The notes under the pieces: generated by a model | The model's database searches: none | What the model was told of the DNA's origin: nothing | The model's input: the letters and a program-made list of their open reading frames with translations, nothing else | Position numbers and translations under genes: made by a program | From: an uncultured Hyphomicrobiales bacterium | GTDB lineage: Bacteria; Bacteroidota; Ignavibacteria; Kapaibacteriales; UBA2268 | Direction: 5' to 3' | DNA length: 64,000 nt | Assembly: GCA_964650885.1 (NCBI GenBank) | Contig: CAZYXG010000004.1 | Coordinates: 9,723 to 73,722 of the forward strand | Part shown: positions 56,921-64,000 of the stretch, in pieces | How the letters are laid out: each line of letters opens with the position of its first letter | Numbering within the stretch: position 1 is the first letter of the stretch

Positions 56921-57664
56921 ATGAAAAAATATTTTCTCTTATTAATGTGCTTATTTGCAACTAAACTTGTTGCTTCTGAAGATATTGAAATTAAGTTAAA
57001 AATTACTAACGAAGAAAATTCAAATTATACTCTTACCCTTGGGGTGAGCGATACTTTGACAGATAATTATGATGAGGGTAGTAATTTAGAAAGAGATATG
57101 CCTGATTTTCCACCTTCAGAAGGTATATTGCCATATTTTAAAATATATGCTGAATCGCAAAAAGTTGATATATATTCGCAAGCCGATATAAAAAAATTAG
57201 AAAAAGATAGTTTAAGTTTTACTAAAAAATATAAATTAGTTATTTTAGGAAACAGTCTTTCCGATTATACATTGGAATGGTTCTTAAGTCCAAAGTATAT
57301 TAGGTCTGCTAAAATATTAGATGAGTTTGGCGGAAATGTATTAAATATAGATATGCTTAAGCAATCAACTGTAAAAGTTAATAGATTTTTGAAAGATATA
57401 ACTATTGAAGTTGTGTATTTGAATCCAACTATGGATTTGCCAATTGAAGATAAATTAAATTTGAAGTTTTATCCTAACCCTAGTAAAGATATGATAAGTT
57501 TCTCACAAAATGTAACAAAATGGGAAATATTTGATTTGTTGGGTAATAAGATAATTTCTGGCAGCGAAAAAGAAATTGATTTAAGAAATTTCGCTAATGC
57601 TTGTTATTTGATTAAATTGCATTCAAAAGAAGGTACCAAGTACCAAAACTTGATAAAAGAATAA
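56921..57664 (+). CDS. Hypothetical small T9SS-sorted secreted protein
   Basis: 247 aa. Signal peptide MKKYFLLLMCLFATKLVASE. The C-terminus LKFYPNPSKDMISFSQNVTKWEIFDLLGNKIISGSEKEIDLRNFANACYLIKL is CTD-like. Confidence 0.55.
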   Translation: MKKYFLLLMCLFATKLVASEDIEIKLKITNEENSNYTLTLGVSDTLTDNYDEGSNLERDMPDFPPSEGILPYFKIYAESQKVDIYSQADIKKLEKDSLSFTKKYKLVILGNSLSDYTLEWFLSPKYIRSAKILDEFGGNVLNIDMLKQSTVKVNRFLKDITIEVVYLNPTMDLPIEDKLNLKFYPNPSKDMISFSQNVTKWEIFDLLGNKIISGSEKEIDLRNFANACYLIKLHSKEGTKYQNLIKE

Positions 57665-57672
57665 TAACCTTT

Positions 57673-58701
57673 ATGGAAAAAGAAGAAAAAAAGAAAGTAG
57701 AAAGTGAAACTGGGCAGCAAAAACCTAGAAAACCTCGCTTTGCAAACAATAGAAATAATTTCTCTAGCGATACTGCTATTTCTGTGGTAATACCTTTGCT
57801 AAATGAGGAGGAATCGCTAAAAGAACTTTCTCAAATGCTAGAAGTAGTATTGGAAAAAGAAGTAGGCAAAAAGTATGAAGTACTTTTTATTGACGATGGC
57901 TCTACTGACAAATCATTCGATGTGATTAAAGAAATACACGCTAAAAACTCAAACTTTAAAGTAATCAGATTCAGACGTAATTATGGTAAATCAGCTGCTT
58001 TAGCAATTGGTTTCGATAAAGCTCGTGGAAAAGTAGTCATAACAATGGATGCCGATTTGCAAGACGATCCCAATGAAATACCTAATTTAATGGCTAAAAT
58101 TAAGGAAGGTTACGACTTGGTCTCTGGTTGGAAAAAAACAAGACACGATCCAATTGGTAAAACTTTACCAAGTAAGTTTTTCAATTTCGTCACTTCAAAA
58201 GTTTCTGGAATTAAGCTTCACGATTTTAATTGTGGATTGAAAGCATACAAAAGAGAAGTTACTAAGTCTCTAAAAGTTTATGGCGAAATGCACAGGTACT
58301 TGCCAGCATTAGCTCATATTGATGGATTCAAAGTAACCGAGATTCCTGTATTGCATCATCCCAGACTTTATGGCAAATCAAAATTTGGTGCATCAAGATT
58401 TGTGAAGGGCTTTTTAGATTTAACAACTGTAGTCTTCACAACTAAATACTTGAAAAGACCATTGCACTTTTTTGGAACAATAGGTGTCTTATTTATGCTG
58501 ATTGGATTCATTATTGACTTATATTTAAGCTATATTTGGCTATATAAAAATGAGTCTTTGAGCAACCGACCATTGGTACTTTTTGGTGTTGCGTTGATTA
58601 TTGTTGGCGTTCAGTTCTTCTCTACTGGTCTTTTGGGCGAATTGCTTGTTAAGAATAGTAACATTAAAGAAAATTACTCAATTAAAGAGCAAATATTTTA
58701 A
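57673..58701 (+). CDS. GT2 polyprenyl-phosphate glycosyltransferase (ArnC/GtrB/DPM1-like) with C-terminal TM helices
   Basis: 342 aa. ISVVIPLLNEEESL, FIDDGSTDKS and ...ITMDADLQDDP are the GT2 DXD motifs. Two C-terminal TM helices. A 35-aa charged N-terminal extension. Starts 9 nt after the upstream gene. Confidence 0.75.
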   Translation: MEKEEKKKVESETGQQKPRKPRFANNRNNFSSDTAISVVIPLLNEEESLKELSQMLEVVLEKEVGKKYEVLFIDDGSTDKSFDVIKEIHAKNSNFKVIRFRRNYGKSAALAIGFDKARGKVVITMDADLQDDPNEIPNLMAKIKEGYDLVSGWKKTRHDPIGKTLPSKFFNFVTSKVSGIKLHDFNCGLKAYKREVTKSLKVYGEMHRYLPALAHIDGFKVTEIPVLHHPRLYGKSKFGASRFVKGFLDLTTVVFTTKYLKRPLHFFGTIGVLFMLIGFIIDLYLSYIWLYKNESLSNRPLVLFGVALIIVGVQFFSTGLLGELLVKNSNIKENYSIKEQIF

Positions 58702-58703
58702 AA

Positions 58704-59510
58704 ATGAAAATGAAATTAATAAAATACATAATAAATATTCTTACTGTATTAATGCTTGTGGTAACGCTTAAAGCTGAAGATTCTATACCTAAAGCTAAGT
58801 ATAGTTCACAGTTAGATCCGAAGAAAATATTCCCTTATAACTACACTTTGGGAATTGGAATTTCTACTGTGAAAATACTAAATCCAAACCCAAATTCTAG
58901 ATCTATGAATCCTTTGGTGCATAGAGATGGCTATATTGGTGGAAGTTTTAAAGGAGCTATGCCTGGAATAGATTTAAGAGCTACTTTCCAATTAGATGAA
59001 GATGGTTTATGGAGAATGCCTGTGGGTTTGGATATGACTTTTTACAGTGCTAGAGAAAGATTACCTATCACTACGAGATTGACAGACAGATTCGAAAATA
59101 ATGCAAATATTTACGCTCCATATATTGGGCTTAATTATACTGTTTTGCAAATTCCAAAAGCGAGAGCTTCTTTCTATTTTGGTTTGGAAGCTAGAGCTTC
59201 TATTATAGATGGCCCCGCATTCAGATTTATTAGAACTTACGATTTGATTCCAGAGCAAAGTTTTGATATTACAGAACACAACAAAGAAAATACTGTGCGA
59301 CTTGGTGGCTTGGTGAAATTCGGACTTGAAGGCGAATTAGTTGATAACTATATGATAAATAGTAGCGTGGGCTATGGAGTATTGAATACATTCTTGCGAG
59401 ATAATGCCAGAGGCGAACTTTTGACTCCAAGGAAAGACTTTGAAACAAGAGAGTCTTACTTACAAGGTATCTTCTTTACGGTAATGCTTCAATACAGATT
59501 CAATAAGTAA
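58704..59510 (+). CDS. Putative outer-membrane beta-barrel protein
   Basis: 268 aa. Signal peptide MKMKLIKYIINILTVLMLVVTLKA. Alternating amphipathic strands, ending ...FFTVMLQYRFNK. Starts 3 nt after the GT2 gene. Confidence 0.5.
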   Translation: MKMKLIKYIINILTVLMLVVTLKAEDSIPKAKYSSQLDPKKIFPYNYTLGIGISTVKILNPNPNSRSMNPLVHRDGYIGGSFKGAMPGIDLRATFQLDEDGLWRMPVGLDMTFYSARERLPITTRLTDRFENNANIYAPYIGLNYTVLQIPKARASFYFGLEARASIIDGPAFRFIRTYDLIPEQSFDITEHNKENTVRLGGLVKFGLEGELVDNYMINSSVGYGVLNTFLRDNARGELLTPRKDFETRESYLQGIFFTVMLQYRFNK

Positions 59511-59518
59511 TTTCTAAT

Positions 59519-60628
59519 TTGTTCATCGCAATTAATAATCAAATGTCTTCTAAATCACTATTTTATCATTCGGACTGTTTTCATTTTAAAGGGGATTTGC
59601 CTTGCAAACCTCATAAAGAATTTGATGTGCATTGTTCGGATTGTAGCTATTATAAAAAAGAAGAAGGCAAAATACTGATTATAAAGCTTGGTGCTTTGGG
59701 CGATGTAATTCGTACAACTCCTCTGCTTGAAAAATTAAGAAAAGAATACCCTAAACATTCAATTTGGTGGGTAACTTACTCGCCTGATATTCTTCCATCG
59801 GATGCAATTGATAAAATATTCAAATTGAACTTTGAAAGCTATTTACAGCTTAAAAACACCGAATTCGATATAATCTATAGCTTGGACAAAGATATTCCAG
59901 CTTGCAGCTTAGCAAAAGAATTAAACGCAAAGCAAAAGTTCGGCTTCACTTTGGAAAATGGGAAAGCTGCTCCTATAAATGAACTTGCTCAACACAAATT
60001 CAATACTGGGCTTTTTGATGATGTCAATAAAGCGAACACTAAATCTTATGTGGAAGAGATATATGAAATTTGTGGTTTCAAATTTAATGGCGAAGAATAT
60101 GTGCTTGATGTTACTTCTGATAAAGCATGGGATTTGCAAGGCAGTCAAGGAAAGAAAATAATTGGTTTGAATACTGGATGTGGCGATAGATGGGTTTCTC
60201 GACTTTGGGCAGATGAAAATTGGATTGCTCTAATCAAATTACTCCAAGCGAATAACTATTATCCATTGCTTTTGGGCGGTGCGGCAGAAGAAGAAAAAAA
60301 TAAATACTTTGCCGAAGTTACTGGAGCTCACTATGCTGGGAATTTCAGCTTGAAAGATTTCATTTCGCTTATGAACCAATGTGAATTAGTAGTAACAGCT
60401 GTAACTATGGGTATGCACATTGCCATGGGTTTGAAGAAAAAACTTGTGCTTATGAATAATATATTCAATAAGCATGAATTTGAGCTTTATGGCAGAGGTG
60501 AAATAATAGAGCCACTAAAGCAATGTCATTGCTATTTTGCTGCTAGTTGCAAACATACAGAATATAGTTGTATGGAACATTTGCCAGTTGAATTAATATT
60601 TAATTCAATCGAAAAACAAACTAAATAA
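59519..60628 (+). CDS. GT9-family glycosyltransferase (LPS heptosyltransferase-like) with Cys-rich N- and C-terminal extensions
   Basis: 369 aa. The GT9 core has KILIIKLGALGDVIRTTPLL and ...LLGGAAEEE... N-terminus: SDCFHFKGDLPCKPHKEFDVHCSDCSYY. C-terminus: LKQCHCYFAASCKHTEYSCMEH. Confidence 0.65.
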   Translation: MFIAINNQMSSKSLFYHSDCFHFKGDLPCKPHKEFDVHCSDCSYYKKEEGKILIIKLGALGDVIRTTPLLEKLRKEYPKHSIWWVTYSPDILPSDAIDKIFKLNFESYLQLKNTEFDIIYSLDKDIPACSLAKELNAKQKFGFTLENGKAAPINELAQHKFNTGLFDDVNKANTKSYVEEIYEICGFKFNGEEYVLDVTSDKAWDLQGSQGKKIIGLNTGCGDRWVSRLWADENWIALIKLLQANNYYPLLLGGAAEEEKNKYFAEVTGAHYAGNFSLKDFISLMNQCELVVTAVTMGMHIAMGLKKKLVLMNNIFNKHEFELYGRGEIIEPLKQCHCYFAASCKHTEYSCMEHLPVELIFNSIEKQTK

Positions 60629-60660
60629 GATTCGCTTAATTGTTTCTTTAAAAATGAAAA

Positions 60661-61674
60661 GTGGGACAACAGAAAAATATATTTTTAGCAAATAAGAAAA
60701 TCTGTGTGGTTCGCACCGATAAAATTGGCGATATGATTTTGACATTGCCACTTGTAAGAGTAATTAAATTAAACTTCCCCGAAAAAGAAACTATATTAAT
60801 AGCTCAGAAAATTAATAAGCCAATCATTGAAAATAATCCCTTTATAGATAAAATTTATTATATAGATGATTACAAAAATATAGATGATATATTTAAAGAA
60901 GCAGAAATAAAAGTAGCATTTTTTCCAAGACCAAACTTTTCAGAAATTTTTTCAGCTTTCAAATCTGGTGTTTCTCTTAGAATTGGAATTACTTCACGTT
61001 GGTATAGCTTTTTGTTTAATTTCAAAGTTAAGCACCATAGAAGTAAGGGCGAGAAAAATGAAGCTGAATACAACGTAGAAATGCTAAATAATTTATTTGA
61101 AACAAACTATGAAACTATTCTATGTGATATAAATGTTGTGCCTGCAACATTACAAAGTTTGGAAGTAAAGTTGAATCAGAAAAGAATTAATTTAGATGCT
61201 GATTTCGTTATATTCCATCCAGGTTCTGGTGGTTCTTCTCTTGATTGGTCAACAGATAATTTTGCAGAATTGGCAAGTATGTTAACTCATGAAGGCAAAA
61301 CAATAGTTTGCACTGGCGATAAAAATGACAAAATACTTTGCAGTAGAATTGAAGCAGAAGCACCAAACATAAAAAATGTTTCTGGATTATTGAATCTGGA
61401 AGAAACTATTGCCCTGATAAGCAAAGCAAAGGGTTTGATAGCAAATTCCACAGGCATAATACATATTGCGGCTGCCCTAGGAGTGTCAGTTTTGGGTTTA
61501 TACCCAAACAAGCCACAGTTGAGTGCAAACAGATGGGGCCCTTGGACAAAGAATAGAAGGATTGTTAGACCTCCTCAAAGCAATGATTTACAAAAAAATG
61601 ATGATATGAGTTTGATTAGTGTTGATAAGGTTTACAGAGAATTAATACAATTGCTTAATGGGAAATTTAATTAA
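60661..61674 (+). CDS. GT9-family glycosyltransferase (LPS heptosyltransferase-like)
   Basis: 337 aa with a GTG start. KKICVVRTDKIGDMILTLPLVRVIK is the GT9 N-terminal motif. ...FHPGSGGSSLDW... and ...IANSTGIIHIAAALGVSVLGLY... follow. Confidence 0.65.
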   Translation: MGQQKNIFLANKKICVVRTDKIGDMILTLPLVRVIKLNFPEKETILIAQKINKPIIENNPFIDKIYYIDDYKNIDDIFKEAEIKVAFFPRPNFSEIFSAFKSGVSLRIGITSRWYSFLFNFKVKHHRSKGEKNEAEYNVEMLNNLFETNYETILCDINVVPATLQSLEVKLNQKRINLDADFVIFHPGSGGSSLDWSTDNFAELASMLTHEGKTIVCTGDKNDKILCSRIEAEAPNIKNVSGLLNLEETIALISKAKGLIANSTGIIHIAAALGVSVLGLYPNKPQLSANRWGPWTKNRRIVRPPQSNDLQKNDDMSLISVDKVYRELIQLLNGKFN

Positions 61675-62653
61675 ATACTTATTTATTAGTTTAACTTTAT
61701 TGCTGCTTTCGAGTTGTTTAGATGACCCGATTCGTAGCGATAACAAAGAAAAATCTATTTATAGTGCTAAATTGATAAATGGTAAGGTGTGGGTTTGTGG
61801 CAATGAAGGGCTAACTGCACAAAGCCAAGATGGAATTAATTTTATTAAAAGCCCAAGCAATACAAATACATATTTAGATATTGCTGGCTTTGGTACAAAT
61901 CTTTGGCGTTGTGGTGCCAATGGACGTATTGAATATTCGTCAAATAACGGAAGTTCATGGGAAACACAAAATACTGGAACAATTAAATACATTAAATCAA
62001 TTCAATTTTTAGATGATAATATTGGATATGCTGTGGGTCAGAAAGGACTTTTAATCAGCACAACAGATGGTGGCAAAACTTGGCTAAATAAAAGTTTTTC
62101 AGAAACTTATGATTTGAATAAGATTAAATTTTTGAATAATAATTTTGGAATTATCTCGGCGTGGAATAGAAATGGTGCAGTTGCAACAATCTATGTTACA
62201 AAAAATGCTGGATTAACTTTCGATACAATATACCCAGGTGCAAATAATTATTTTTCTGATATATTTATAGCTAGCGAGAAAGAATTTTATTTGGCTGCGG
62301 CAAAAGAAATATATAGAACAAAAGATAGTGGACAAAGCTTTGGCGTAATCACAGATTTGCCAGTAGTAAATAGTGATGAACTTGATAGCCCAAGCACAAT
62401 TGAATCAATTCAAGTAATTGGCAACGATATGTATTTTGCTGGATACTTTGGGCATAACTTAGGTAGAATTTATAAATTAGATATGACAAATAATAGCACT
62501 ACACTTTTATATAATGGCGATAAATTAATTAGCTGCTCGGCACTTATAGTACAAAATCAAAATTTGATTTCATACGGTGGCTATGGCTATAAAGTGCTAT
62601 ATAAAAACATTAACGATGCTCAAGCAGTTTGGAATTTAAAGGCAATAGAATGA
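61658..62653 (+). CDS. BNR/Ycf48-like beta-propeller lipoprotein
   Basis: 331 aa. Lipobox ...LTLLLLSSC. Asp-box-like SSNNGSSWETQNTG, TTDGGKTWLNKS, TKNAGLTFDT and TKDSGQSFG. Overlaps the GT9 gene by 17 nt. Its stop overlaps the rlmN start (ATGA). Confidence 0.6.
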   Translation: MGNLIKYLFISLTLLLLSSCLDDPIRSDNKEKSIYSAKLINGKVWVCGNEGLTAQSQDGINFIKSPSNTNTYLDIAGFGTNLWRCGANGRIEYSSNNGSSWETQNTGTIKYIKSIQFLDDNIGYAVGQKGLLISTTDGGKTWLNKSFSETYDLNKIKFLNNNFGIISAWNRNGAVATIYVTKNAGLTFDTIYPGANNYFSDIFIASEKEFYLAAAKEIYRTKDSGQSFGVITDLPVVNSDELDSPSTIESIQVIGNDMYFAGYFGHNLGRIYKLDMTNNSTTLLYNGDKLISCSALIVQNQNLISYGGYGYKVLYKNINDAQAVWNLKAIE

Positions 62654-63804
62654 ACGATGGAACAATAAATAATTTTTCGAATGACATTATTGAATTGCCG
62701 ATTGTAGCAAAACAATATAATATCTATGGTGTTACTTTAAAAAAACTACAAACGCTTTGCGTATCGCTTGGAATGGAAAGCTATAGAGCTGCCCAGATTT
62801 TTAATGCGTTATACAAACAAAAAGTATCAAGCTTCAGTGAAATCAAACAAATCAAAAAAGAAAATCAAGAAAAGTTAGCCGAGAAATTTACTTTTGAAGT
62901 ATTTAATTCAGTTAAAAAGCAAATTTCTATTGATGGTTCTGTGAAATATTTATTTAAGCTATTCGATGGCAAATCAATCGAATCAGTCTATATGCCTTGG
63001 CTAAGCGATGATTCTAGTATTTTAGAACGCACCACGCTTTGTATTTCATCTCAAGTGGGTTGTGCTGTAGATTGTACTTTTTGTGCCACTGGCAAGCTCG
63101 GATTCACTAGAAATTTAGATACTGGCGAAATTATTAGTCAAATAATGTTTATTGAAAAAGACTTAAACATTAAACTTACTAACATAGTTTTTATGGGAAT
63201 GGGCGAACCACTACTTAATTATAAAAACGTGGTGGACTCTATAGATATTATGACTGACGAAAACTCTGGGCTGCTGAATAGAAAGAAAATCACAGTCTCA
63301 ACTTCGGGAATAGTGCCGAAAATATCGCAACTTTCAAAAATTGATAAACCAGTGAAATTAGCAATTTCCCTGCACGCTACCACTAATGGGGTGCGAGATA
63401 AAATAGTTCCGCTCAATAAGAAAATGAATATTGATGATATTATGGAAGCTGTGGAAGATTACTACCGAACCACAGGACTTGCTATTACTTATGAATATAT
63501 CCCATTTAAAGATTTGAACGATACAGAAGCCGATGCAAAACGATTAGCAAAAATTTGCAAAAGAGTTCCTTCGAGAGTGAATTTAATACCATTCAATGAT
63601 ATTAGCTTCACTGCTCCAACTGGTGTGGCTGCAGAGCTTAGACCATCCTCAGCAGAAAAAGTGATTGAATTTGCAGAACAAATTAGAAAATTTGGCGGAG
63701 TAGCAATTGTGCGAGATACATTCGGCAGAGATATAGATGCCGCTTGCGGACAGTTGGCTTTATCGGAAAAAGTAAACGACAAAATAATGGATTTGAAACT
63801 ATGA
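62650..63804 (+). CDS. rlmN: 23S rRNA (adenine2503-C2)-methyltransferase, radical SAM
   Basis: Track ORF from 62629. The ATG at 62650 gives an ATGA overlap with the upstream stop. CISSQVGCAVDCTFCATGKLGFTRNL is the radical-SAM CX3CX2C. ...VFMGMGEPLLN... and ...TFGRDIDAACGQLA are colinear with E. coli RlmN. Confidence 0.85.
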   Translation: MNDGTINNFSNDIIELPIVAKQYNIYGVTLKKLQTLCVSLGMESYRAAQIFNALYKQKVSSFSEIKQIKKENQEKLAEKFTFEVFNSVKKQISIDGSVKYLFKLFDGKSIESVYMPWLSDDSSILERTTLCISSQVGCAVDCTFCATGKLGFTRNLDTGEIISQIMFIEKDLNIKLTNIVFMGMGEPLLNYKNVVDSIDIMTDENSGLLNRKKITVSTSGIVPKISQLSKIDKPVKLAISLHATTNGVRDKIVPLNKKMNIDDIMEAVEDYYRTTGLAITYEYIPFKDLNDTEADAKRLAKICKRVPSRVNLIPFNDISFTAPTGVAAELRPSSAEKVIEFAEQIRKFGGVAIVRDTFGRDIDAACGQLALSEKVNDKIMDLKL

Positions 63805-64000
63805 AATTGATTTATCTATTTTTAATATTATTGGCGTATGGCACAGCTTCGGCTACTGTTTCTCTTAAATACATTACTCCTAGCGACACATTATATTATA
63901 TTCGATTGAACACTGGCGATGAGCTAATCGGCACTGTGAAGGAATTAGTAAGTTCGCAAGAAGAAAGCGATGGTATTAAATTTAAAACAGAAATTGGAAC
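63801..64000 (+). CDS. Secreted hypothetical protein, N-terminal fragment (runs off the window)
   Basis: Own translation: MKLIYLFLILLAYGTASATVSLKYITPSDTLYYIRLNTGDELIG... (signal peptide). The ATG at 63801 overlaps the rlmN stop (ATGA). Not in the ORF track because there is no in-window stop. Confidence 0.4.
   Translation, partial: MKLIYLFLILLAYGTASATVSLKYITPSDTLYYIRLNTGDELIGTVKELVSSQEESDGIKFKTEIG

Overview
This AT-rich chromosomal window (GC not computed; it looks roughly mid-30s % by eye) is densely coding on both strands. It most likely comes from an FCB-group bacterium (Bacteroidota, Ignavibacteriota or Chlorobiota-like). At least 8 genes end in a Por/T9SS C-terminal sorting domain (CTD). 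GGAGG/GGAG Shine-Dalgarno sites precede some genes, which argues against classical Bacteroidia. I call about 53 protein genes and 1 tRNA-Phe. No CRISPR array, transposase, integrase, recognisable defence gene or toxin-antitoxin gene was seen. Two edge-truncated genes, 1..1653 (-) and 63801..64000 (+), are missing from the supplied ORF track and were found by direct translation.

Content falls into four groups:
- Housekeeping: msrC, thiN, aat, ybaK, a SpoU methyltransferase, dCMP deaminase, menA, plsC, glgA, hslVU, gatB, a fused 2-oxoacid dehydrogenase E1 alpha/beta and rlmN.
- A small metal and oxidative-stress neighbourhood: an orphan OmpR-type response regulator, an alpha/beta hydrolase divergent from OsmC, a CopA copper ATPase and a VOC protein.
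- A PlpD-like patatin-Omp85 (type Vd) protein divergent from a lipoprotein-lipoprotein-ybaK operon.
- The standout: a 15.5-kb co-directional array of five T9SS cargo genes at 42145..57664. It is led by a 2728-aa adhesin-like giant (Pmp-type beta-helix repeats, a Ycf48/BNR propeller, Ig/cadherin-like domains and a CTD) and includes a cohesin-like protein. A YfgM-like TPR membrane protein and an AAAAGTGT repeat array lie upstream. A tightly coupled GT2, OMP beta-barrel, Cys-rich GT9, GT9, BNR-lipoprotein and rlmN chain follows directly downstream. Together this is a candidate, uncharacterised surface-structure plus glycan-modification locus.

Other oddities:
- HslV and HslU both carry N-terminal extensions.
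- The E1 alpha/beta fusion carries a histone-H1-like K/A-rich N-terminal tail.
- glgA has a degenerate KTGGL motif.
- A ZnuA-like binding protein has no transporter partners.
- Convergent gene pairs overlap at their 3' ends in four places.

All calls rest on reading the translations and sequence by eye. No database searches were run.
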